A stretch of 64,000 nucleotides of DNA from contig CAVUFY010000011.1 of NCBI GenBank assembly GCA_963740905.1, positions 124,926 to 188,925 of the forward strand, given 5' to 3'. The DNA comes from an uncultured delta proteobacterium. GTDB taxonomy: Bacteria > Desulfobacterota > DSM-4660 > Desulfatiglandales > HGW-15. Position 1 is the stretch's first letter. The number at the start of each line of letters is the position of its first letter. Below the pieces are notes generated by a model. It searched no databases. It saw only the letters and a list, made by a program, of their open reading frames with translations, and was not told the DNA's origin. A program made the position numbers and the translations under genes. Shown here piece by piece: positions 57,073 to 64,000 of this stretch.

Positions 57073-58932
57073 CTACCGCTTATCGAAAACCACCCCGTTG
57101 TCGCTCCACTGAAAGGCCTCACCGTTTACAATGAGCTTTTGTTTGGCAAACCAGAGCGCGCATTCCTTCGCGTCTTTCTCTTTCTCATCGGCTGCAGCAG
57201 AGACTTTTTCGGAGGCTTTGTCACCCGCGTCCATGGTGAAGAGATAGATGGAATACTTCTTAATCTTTGATAATTGCTCCGCGGAAGGCAGGATCGTGGA
57301 CCCAAAAAGCATCTCGATGTCATAGGCCTCTTTGTCGGTTCTGTCCTCCAAGAGCTTTTCGTGCACCAGAGCGATGGCGATCTGCGCGGATCGCTTTTCC
57401 TTGATGTATTTCTTGATGGAAAGAACATCCTTAAAGGTCAGCACCGTTATCTCCGGAAAATCCTTTAACGGCGATATCTCGGCGGGTCGAAAGCGATGCT
57501 CCCCCGATTCAGTCGTAAGGCGCAATGTCACGGTCAAATTGTCCGCCATCCAACGTGTCGGTAAATAAAGGATCAGGTTGTCCGCTTTGAACATGTTGAG
57601 TGGATTTAAGAGGGACTTGTTATCGGTGAGCAACATGACCCGGTCGAATTCCGGTTCTATTCTTTTCAGAATATCGCGGTTCCGGATCTGGCCATAAAGC
57701 CACAGTACGTCGTAATTTTTCACCTTCTCATTTTCCAACACCGTGTCCATGATTCTGTTGAAGACTTCGGGTTTGGCGTTGAGCAGCAAGGCCGGTCCGA
57801 CCGTCCGAATCATAGCCGGATTTTCGATAAAGGCGTCATGCCCGTTATCCAAATTGCGCAGAATCAGCCGGCCGGCCTTGTCCGCATCCCCCAGGCGCGC
57901 ATACTGAAGGGCTGCAAAAAGGATATTGCTCCAATCGGCATCATCCGAATTGGCCAAAACCACCTTCAGGTCTTTCCTGACCTCATCCGGCACAGCCTGT
58001 TCCGCCTTCAACATGGTCTTGCACATGGCGGTGGAGGCTGCGAAGGGATCCTTTCTCAGGATACCTTGATTGATCTGCTGAAATTGGTCGAAACAACGGA
58101 GCGCCTCTTCTTCTTTTCCGATCTCCTGGGCCGCTTGTCCGCGGTAATACCAATAGGGCGGAAACTTTTGGAAGCTGTTTTCGATCCGCTCCAATTTGCG
58201 ATAGCGCAATCCGAGGCCGGGTTCTTTCAGAATGGCGATATAATCGCTGAGTTGTTTTTCATTCAAGCGCCATTCATCGGGTAAATTGTAGCGCCGCATC
58301 AATTCCCAGGTGTATTTGAGGAGCTTCTTGTAAAAATTATTGAGCCCCTGCAGGGTGCCGGTTTCAATTTTCCATGCCTTCTCTTCGCGCTCCTTCTTGT
58401 AGTCTTCCATTTTGGTGCGGTAATTGAAATAAAAGGAGCCGACGTTGAGCACGGCACTTAAAACGGTCATATAGGGGTTGATGATCACGTCGGTATCGAA
58501 AATGCGGGACCGCAATCTATTTTTGAGTTCGTTTTGGACTTCTTTGTCATAGCTGCGCATGAGGAAGGCGCGGTCATGATCCTGAATCTTCGAACTTGTG
58601 AGCAGGTCCATGAGCTCCTGGAGCAGGGTGATGATGTCTGCGTCGGGGATTTTGCTCAAATTGAGGTTATTGATGATGGTGTTGTACTCCTGATCGAGAA
58701 CCACCTTGTCGTTATAGGTGATGATATGGGTCAACGACACCGCAATTTGATTCAAGGCTTGCAGCACCTGAAGCTGGGTATGGGGGTCGGGGGCCTTATG
58801 TTCCTGAACCTTATTCTCCTGCGCTCCCTTGTCCTGGACCTTGTTCTCTTGGGCCGGGACTTCCCCTGGGATTACAGCCCCTGCTGCAAAAAAAATCATG
58901 ATCAGAACGATAATCGAACGTAAGCTCGTCAT
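57073..58932 (-). CDS. Secreted 619-aa protein of unknown function (signal peptide, short tandem repeat, helical/TPR-like middle)
   Basis: The signal peptide is MTSLRSIIVLIMIFFAAGAVIPGEVPAQ. The duplicated unit is ENKVQDKGAQ-ENKVQEHKAP. I recognise no family. Confidence 0.6.
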   Translation of the reverse strand: MTSLRSIIVLIMIFFAAGAVIPGEVPAQENKVQDKGAQENKVQEHKAPDPHTQLQVLQALNQIAVSLTHIITYNDKVVLDQEYNTIINNLNLSKIPDADIITLLQELMDLLTSSKIQDHDRAFLMRSYDKEVQNELKNRLRSRIFDTDVIINPYMTVLSAVLNVGSFYFNYRTKMEDYKKEREEKAWKIETGTLQGLNNFYKKLLKYTWELMRRYNLPDEWRLNEKQLSDYIAILKEPGLGLRYRKLERIENSFQKFPPYWYYRGQAAQEIGKEEEALRCFDQFQQINQGILRKDPFAASTAMCKTMLKAEQAVPDEVRKDLKVVLANSDDADWSNILFAALQYARLGDADKAGRLILRNLDNGHDAFIENPAMIRTVGPALLLNAKPEVFNRIMDTVLENEKVKNYDVLWLYGQIRNRDILKRIEPEFDRVMLLTDNKSLLNPLNMFKADNLILYLPTRWMADNLTVTLRLTTESGEHRFRPAEISPLKDFPEITVLTFKDVLSIKKYIKEKRSAQIAIALVHEKLLEDRTDKEAYDIEMLFGSTILPSAEQLSKIKKYSIYLFTMDAGDKASEKVSAAADEKEKDAKECALWFAKQKLIVNGEAFQWSDNGVVFDKR

Positions 58933-59122
58933 CCTAATTCTTCTTTTAAATACTCGCCATACGCATTTTGGTAATGGTAAGGAGAGATAGAGATGTGATG
59001 TCCTATCGGAGGTGAAGTATAGGGAAAGCAGGGTTTGGTGTCAAGTTCGACCGAAAAGTGCGGCTCAGAGATGAGCCGCCGTCGCCAAACTCGACCCTGC
59101 CCAGACATCTGCTTCACTGCGT

Positions 59123-59818
59123 CTACTGGAAGCGTTCTTCCTTCCATGGATCAGCGGAGTTGCTGTAACCTTGGCTTTCCCAGAATCCGGGCTCATCGCG
59201 AGAGGTGACTTTGACAGCCTCCAGCCACTTGGCACTTTTGTAGAAGTAGCGATCAGGGATCACGACACGCACAGGGGCGCCGTGCGCCTGCTGCAGTTTC
59301 TCACCAAAGAAGCTGTGCGCAAGGATCACGTTCTCCTTTCGGATCTCACTTATTGGAACGTTGCTAGTATAATCTCCGGCGGCCTCAAAAATGATAAAAC
59401 CTCCTCTTCTGCGAGGCCTGACTCTATCCATGATTGTCGTCAGGCGAACGCCGCTCCAGCTGGAATCCAGAAGAGTCCAGCCGGTGACACAGTGAATATC
59501 ACAGATGATATGCACCTGGTCCAGGTCGAGCAGCTCTTTGTAGGAAAGGACGACCGGTCTTTCCACCTCACCATGGACGCGCAGGCGCCAGTTCGCAACA
59601 GTAGCGGTTCCAGGCGTGCCGCCCATATCCTTAATCTTTTCGACCGCCTGCTGCCCAGGAGGGAGACGGGGCCTTCCGTCCGGTCTGGTATTGGCTGCCA
59701 GAGCTCGTTGCTGCGCGTCCGAGAGTTTAATGAAGGCTCCGGGCAACCCTATACTCACTATGGTGCCGCCTGCTGCGGCCAGGAAGGTGCGCCTGGAGAT
59801 CTTCTGGTCTTTTTGCAT
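59123..59818 (-). CDS. Tat-exported sulfite-oxidase-family molybdopterin oxidoreductase (small, YedY/MsrP-like catalytic domain)
   Basis: The twin-arginine signal is SRRTFLAAAGG. WRLRVHGEV and DIHCVTGW carry the Mo-ligand Cys. GAPVRVVIPDRYFYKSAKWL is also present. Confidence 0.85.
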   Translation of the reverse strand: MQKDQKISRRTFLAAAGGTIVSIGLPGAFIKLSDAQQRALAANTRPDGRPRLPPGQQAVEKIKDMGGTPGTATVANWRLRVHGEVERPVVLSYKELLDLDQVHIICDIHCVTGWTLLDSSWSGVRLTTIMDRVRPRRRGGFIIFEAAGDYTSNVPISEIRKENVILAHSFFGEKLQQAHGAPVRVVIPDRYFYKSAKWLEAVKVTSRDEPGFWESQGYSNSADPWKEERFQ

Positions 59819-59895
59819 TGCTCCTCCTATGTCAGTTGAGTTGGTCTCTGCCCCCTCGATTCAGCCACAGTATCCGGGTTGATAGAGGCTTTTTC

Positions 59896-60987
59896 TCAAG
59901 GCGATTGGCGCGCTGCGCTCGCCTTGAGAGCCGTTACAAGGTCCTTCGTGGTTTTAGGGGGCTCGGGGAAACCGGGCTTGGGTTCCATGACGATCGCCTC
60001 TTGCTCACACCCCGTAGCACACGTGGCACACCCGAAGCAACGGTCAAGGTTTACGACCGGCACGTTCTCCTCCCCCATCTTTAAGGCCCCTGGGGGGCAG
60101 CGATCCACGCAGATCTCGCAGCCAATGCAACGTTCCGGGTCAAATTGAGGTTGAAAACCCGAATTGAAGACAAGGCCGGGCTTGGGTTGCTTGAGGACCA
60201 ATTGGATCACATCGCAATGCCATCGATCGCAATTGCACAGGAAATCAATTTCTTCGGTGGTATTCCGGCTCATGTGAACAAGGCCTGCTTCCTCGGCTCT
60301 ATCCAGGATCTCCATGGCTTCCTCTTTCGACACGTGTCGTCCGCCCAGGCGCTCAGCGGCAAACTCGGCTCGTTTTCCGAACCACATGCATGTCTCAATC
60401 GGCATACCGTGGACATCTTCCCCTCTCAGCATTGCTTCGTGACGGCAGTAGCAGCTTCCCACACAGACGGGATCATACTTGTCGATGTAGGTTACCACCT
60501 GGTCATACGTGTGCACAGCGTTCTTCATGCTGATCTTGCGATCCACAGAGATAACGCGGCTCACTGGGAAGGAAATCCGCTGCTGCCCTTTGACGGCGTT
60601 GTAGGCCTGCTTGTAGGCGTGGATGAGCCGGGCAATTTTTTTGTCTCTTTCCGTGGCCCCTCCCCCCATGAACTGAAACTCGAAAATACCGAGCATGAAG
60701 GCCGCGCCCTGATAATAGGTCTTTCCCTCGGAGTGAAAAGCGACGCACAACCCTTTGTTCGCCATCCCTTCGAGCAATGCCGTCACTTCCGCCTCATTCA
60801 TTCCTTTTTCTTTTGCGATCTCAGCCGCAGTGACAGGCTTTCGAGGCAAGGCATTGTTGAGCTCCGCCTCTTCAGGGGTGAACAGTTCCTGAACCAGTGC
60901 GTAGAACTCAGGGATGTTCACTCCCGTGTAAGGCCCACCGCGTTTTGTCATGACATCGAACATGTCCTTGTAAACCTGTGACTCCAT
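59896..60987 (-). CDS. wHTH-like N-domain + Cys-rich + 2x[4Fe-4S] ferredoxin-domain protein (paralogue of 52365..53498)
   Basis: It carries VGSCYCRHEAM, FLCNCDRWHCD, CIGCEICVDRCPPGAL, CFGCATCATGCEQEAI. Confidence 0.75.
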   Translation of the reverse strand: MESQVYKDMFDVMTKRGGPYTGVNIPEFYALVQELFTPEEAELNNALPRKPVTAAEIAKEKGMNEAEVTALLEGMANKGLCVAFHSEGKTYYQGAAFMLGIFEFQFMGGGATERDKKIARLIHAYKQAYNAVKGQQRISFPVSRVISVDRKISMKNAVHTYDQVVTYIDKYDPVCVGSCYCRHEAMLRGEDVHGMPIETCMWFGKRAEFAAERLGGRHVSKEEAMEILDRAEEAGLVHMSRNTTEEIDFLCNCDRWHCDVIQLVLKQPKPGLVFNSGFQPQFDPERCIGCEICVDRCPPGALKMGEENVPVVNLDRCFGCATCATGCEQEAIVMEPKPGFPEPPKTTKDLVTALKASAARQSP

Positions 60988-61288
60988 CGCTTGTTTGCCT
61001 CCTTTCCCTCAGCAGTGTCGCCATCATCATACCAGCCCAATAATGAAAATGGAATTTTTCGTTTATCCAGGTGTTGTGCTCGTCTATCTTCTGCCTGAAT
61101 CGGCCGGGGGCGGGAAGAATGGGGCTTACAATTAGCAACTCACGTCGAGTGCAGGACCAGGAAAGCGTCAGGTTATGACTTCCCAAATGAACCTCACCTC
61201 TGCGTGCCATTCAAGGATCACGAGGAGACAGACCGCATTGTTGACGCCCTCAGCGAGGCCGGGCTCTGATGCGTTGGGGGTGTCTGAT

Positions 61289-62635
61289 ATGATGATGCAG
61301 CCGCCTAAGAGGCAGATATCACAAGACAATGAGTTTATGAGTAATTCGGTTCGTGACAGTCATTTCAAGAAAAATGAGTTCTCGTCCTATGGCTTGGGTC
61401 GTGATAGAATAACTGTTATGATGTTTTCTAAAAATCGCGCAAAGCTCTACTGGAATCTATGGAAAAACTTTAAGGGCAATCCCGGTTTCTACTTCTATCT
61501 CCTTGGCCGCAGGCAGTCCATTCGCATCCGAAAGACTCTGGGGCGAGGCATCATGCCTTCGGCGGGGTCCTATTTCCCGACCAAGCTGAATCTGCGCATC
61601 CTCTATGCCTGTAACCTTAGGTGTAAAATGTGTGGTCAGTGGGGAAATACCGGGGCTTACTACCAATATGAACGCGCTAAACAGGCAACCCATCTCAAAC
61701 TTGAAATCATCCAAAGCATACTTGACGATCTGATGCCCCTCGGGCTCAGACTTATCGACATGGAGGGCGGGGAAACTCTGCTCTATCCCCATTTTGAAGA
61801 TCTGCTCAAAGTCTTTCAAGAACGCAATGTGTACGTGAAATTTGCCACCAACGGGACCCTGCTGGATCGGTTCGCCACTGAAATTGTTCGATCGGGAGTC
61901 AAATCCATAACTGTTTCTCTTGACGGAGACCGGGAGACCCATAACCGGATCAGAGGGAGCAGTTCGGCCTATGAAAGGACCCTAGAGGGCCTGCTAGCTC
62001 TATCACGCATGAAAAAGCAACTCAAAAAGAACACTCCCTTGGTCCAAATTGGATACACCGTGAGCAGACACAACGGCGCGGAGCCGTTGAAGAAACTCTG
62101 CGAAGACTTGCGGGGCAAAGGCCTCGTAGATGTTTTTCAAATCAAGCTGACACCCATTTTTGTGCCGCCAGAGGCGGAGAAAAAATATATTCGTCTGGTT
62201 ATGGATTACTTCAATCTCGAAGGCGGTATCTTCTCGGTGGGCGGATTCAGGGATGATTACATCGACTTCGCCGAGGAGGGCCAAAAAATCTCAAGGGTTA
62301 CTTCGGAGCTTTTGAAAGAAGATTTCGATTTCCTGGTTAATCCCCTTCCCCATATCCCACTCGATCAGGTACCTCGCCTTTACATGGACTATTCATGGGA
62401 TCTTGGGCGAAGTCCCTGTCCGGTACCATTTGATGAACCCACGGTGGATGCCGACGGCAACGTCTATCCTTGCAATCTTTTTACTGACGCGCCTTTGGCC
62501 ATGGGAAACGTCTATGAGACGCCGTTCCTGGAAATCTGGAACGGTGAAAACTTCAGGAAATTTCGCAGGATGCTCTTTGGAGAGGGCGGCCTGCTACCCA
62601 TCTGTAACCGCTGTTGCCAACTGACAGAGTATTAA
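61289..62635 (+). CDS. Radical SAM enzyme with a C-terminal SPASM/twitch-like Cys cluster
   Basis: The CxxxCxxC motif is ILYACNLRCKMCGQWG. It also carries GGETLLYP. The C-terminal cysteines are CPVPF...GNVYPCNLF...LPICNRCCQ. The start is uncertain: 61175, 61289 (GGGGGTG upstream) or 61418. Confidence 0.75.
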   Translation: MMMQPPKRQISQDNEFMSNSVRDSHFKKNEFSSYGLGRDRITVMMFSKNRAKLYWNLWKNFKGNPGFYFYLLGRRQSIRIRKTLGRGIMPSAGSYFPTKLNLRILYACNLRCKMCGQWGNTGAYYQYERAKQATHLKLEIIQSILDDLMPLGLRLIDMEGGETLLYPHFEDLLKVFQERNVYVKFATNGTLLDRFATEIVRSGVKSITVSLDGDRETHNRIRGSSSAYERTLEGLLALSRMKKQLKKNTPLVQIGYTVSRHNGAEPLKKLCEDLRGKGLVDVFQIKLTPIFVPPEAEKKYIRLVMDYFNLEGGIFSVGGFRDDYIDFAEEGQKISRVTSELLKEDFDFLVNPLPHIPLDQVPRLYMDYSWDLGRSPCPVPFDEPTVDADGNVYPCNLFTDAPLAMGNVYETPFLEIWNGENFRKFRRMLFGEGGLLPICNRCCQLTEY

Positions 62636-62819
62636 GGTCAAAATCCATGAACAGCCTGTCAACGGAACTAAACCTGGACGCTGGTAAGAAAGTGAATTGC
62701 CATCAAACTCACGCCATGACCTCTTATACTGAATGGGATACTTACTTCCTTACCAGCGTCCCGCATCACGCGCACGGTACAAGTGTTGGAGGGTGGGTTC
62801 TGAAACTCCAGGAGATATT

Positions 62820-62842
62820 GGGAGCCGCCCAAGACGGCTCCC
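62820..62842. terminator. Hairpin between the convergent radical SAM and bicupin genes
   Basis: GGGAGCCG-CCCAAGA-CGGCTCCC forms an 8-bp perfect stem. It could serve either strand. The U-tracts are weak. Confidence 0.4.
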
Positions 62843-62878
62843 AACGGGTCACATTCATAGGATGAAAATCTATGCTAA

Positions 62879-63755
62879 TTAAATCACTTCAAATCCCACA
62901 GCCTTCTTGTGGGTGCGCAAGACATTTCTGGATTTTGGGGTAGAGTAGAAAACAAGCAGCCGCATATCCTCCTGGGTGGTATTGTTCCAGAACTTAGCAG
63001 GCTGTTCGGGCGCATGGTATGCGGCGAGGCCGGGGCGAAGGTTGTACGCCTTGTCGGGATAGATACCGATGCCATGGCCATCCACTATGTATACCAACTC
63101 CTTGACTTCAGGATGCGAGACAAAGTCAACCATCGGGGAAGAATTTCCAGGCTTCATTACTACATAAATACAACAGGTTCTTTCACCTTCGAAGATCGTC
63201 GAGACATAATAGCCTTTATCCGGGGCGCCCCGGAAAAACCTGGAGCTTCCTTGCTGGGAGCGTCGGGACAGTAGACCAGCTTGTGTCCTCCCTTTTTGGC
63301 ATATTTCTTCCCTTCTTCCAATCTGCGGCGGGCGACCTGGCTCAATTTCCCCGAGTATATAACAAGCAGATTCAGGGGATCCGGGTTATGGTTGTACAGG
63401 CGGTGGGGTTGGCCTGGCGCATGATACATGCAGGTCCCTGCTTTGACCTCGAAGGTGGATCCATCTGGATAAAACATCGTGCCGCTCCCGGAAATGACGT
63501 ATTCGATTTCCTCATGCTCGGGATGAAACACAAAATCCTCATAGGGGGAATCGACACCGGGCTCCTGGGTGGGCAGAAGCATGGAAATCTCATCAAAATC
63601 GTAGATGAATTTGACGAGGTGCCCGAAATCCGGTTTGTCATAGCTGCCTCCGACACGGCTTCGGGCACTGGGGACGTATTCACCCGTGTGAAGATCAATG
63701 CTTGTAGAACAGTCAATCAGTTGATAGTCGTTTTTGCCTTCTTTCAGCTTGTACA
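62879..63755 (-). pseudogene. Bicupin protein split by a 1-nt frameshift in a T/A homopolymer near 63231-63241
   Basis: Cupin 1 is FHPEHEEIEYVISGSGTMFYPDG...YHAPGQPHRLYN (ORF 63160..63852). Cupin 2 is SHPEVKELVYIVDGHGIGIYPD...YHAPEQPAKFWN (ORF 62879..63157). The second frame is open upstream as FFRGAPDKGYYVSTIFEGERTCCIYVVMKPG. Changing T5 to T6 joins ...KEAPGF-FRGAPDK. The probable start is ATG 63755, after AAGGAGA. Confidence 0.6.
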
Positions 63756-63831
63756 TGCATCGTCTCCTTCTGTTTTCATATATGTCCCTGATGCGTTTGC
63801 CTGGGAGATACTCCTCTTCGCAAGAAGAATT

Positions 63832-63850
63832 GGGGGCTCGGGTGGCCCCC
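63832..63850 (-). terminator. Rho-independent-like terminator of the partial upstream minus-strand gene
   Basis: The minus strand reads GGGGGC-CACCCGA-GCCCCC followed by AAUUCUUCUU. It lies inside the N-terminal extension of track ORF 63160..63852, which argues for the 63755 start. Confidence 0.45.
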
Positions 63851-63936
63851 AAGCATGCCGACTTAGATTACCCTCTCATTGAGATGCTTTTCGATGGGTC
63901 CTTCCTTGCCCCGTTCCCGTTCAAGCGGAGGTCTTC

Positions 63937-64000
63937 TTATTGGAGCTGTTTGAGCCGATCGAGAGCAAAATTCAATACCGCGTCGCCGGGCAGATTTTTC
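63937..64000 (-). CDS. 3' end of an unidentified gene running off the window
   Basis: The open frame ...KNLPGDAVLNFALDRLKQLQ* ends at TAA 63937-63939. It is too short to classify. Confidence 0.3.
   Translation of the reverse strand, partial: KNLPGDAVLNFALDRLKQLQ

Noticed and set aside
58789-58851. A tandem duplication of about 30 nt, checked as a possible repeat array or CRISPR-like feature.
   Set aside because: There are only two units, in frame within the 619-aa gene (ENKVQDKGAQ/ENKVQEHKAP). No CRISPR-like repeat-spacer architecture exists anywhere in the window.
61043-61135. A 30-codon hydrophobic ORF (MKMEFFVYPGVVLVYLLPESAGGGKNGAYN) upstream of the radical SAM gene. A nearby frame ends ...VPFKDHEETDRIVDALSEAGL* and resembles a VOC/PhnB-type fragment.
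   Set aside because: There is no Shine-Dalgarno sequence, and both frames are too short to evaluate. The similarity is only impressionistic.
62647-62868. A 73-codon ORF (MNSLSTELNLDAGKKVNCHQTH...) immediately downstream of the radical SAM gene, considered as a RiPP precursor.
   Set aside because: There is no RBS. It spans the convergent-gene terminator hairpin (62820-62842). It has no Cys/Ser/Thr-rich core or leader-like features. Precursors usually precede the maturase.

Overview
The gene content and repeats suggest an anaerobic Desulfobacterota/Syntrophia-like chromosome, but this is a guess and no marker gene is present. I recognised no rRNA, tRNA, CRISPR array, transposase or integrase.

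Content, left to right:
- 28-597: a thioredoxin-fold gene with an in-frame TGA, a candidate selenoprotein.
- 0.8-13.3 kb: a sugar-phosphate island. It carries GH15, a HAD hydrolase, rpiA, a beta-phosphoglucomutase-type HAD and a GH65 phosphorylase. On the minus strand lies an eroded oxidative pentose-phosphate operon: tkt fragment, gnd, zwf, HAD fragment, pgi, pgl fragment.
- 13.9-18.3 kb: an EmrAB-type MFS tripartite efflux operon.
- 18.5-23.7 kb: a PP2C / anti-sigma-type kinase / STAS partner-switching module fused to an mlaEFD + lipoprotein operon.
- 24-25.9 kb: a GC-rich SDR + Zn-ADH cassette.
- 26-31 kb and 42.8-53.5 kb: thiol-redox and detoxification genes.
- 31.6-35.5 kb: a GC-rich three-subunit molybdenum hydroxylase.
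- 36.6-42.8 kb: an RND efflux operon.
- 53.6-56.6 kb: a small defence islet with DUF488, MazEF, and a DNA methyltransferase next to a frameshifted endonuclease.
- 57-63.8 kb: a secreted 619-aa protein, a Tat molybdoenzyme, an Fe-S protein, a radical SAM/SPASM enzyme and a bicupin.

Four intergenic repeat families (R1-R4) punctuate the window.

Most interesting observations:
- the UGA/SECIS thioredoxin-like gene;
- the partner-switching module coupled to the Mla transporter with no sigma factor;
- the heavily decayed pentose-phosphate operon, plus five single-nucleotide frameshifts across the window;
- the repeat families, which sit at compositional cassette boundaries.

All family assignments come from motif recognition by eye. 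No searches were run.
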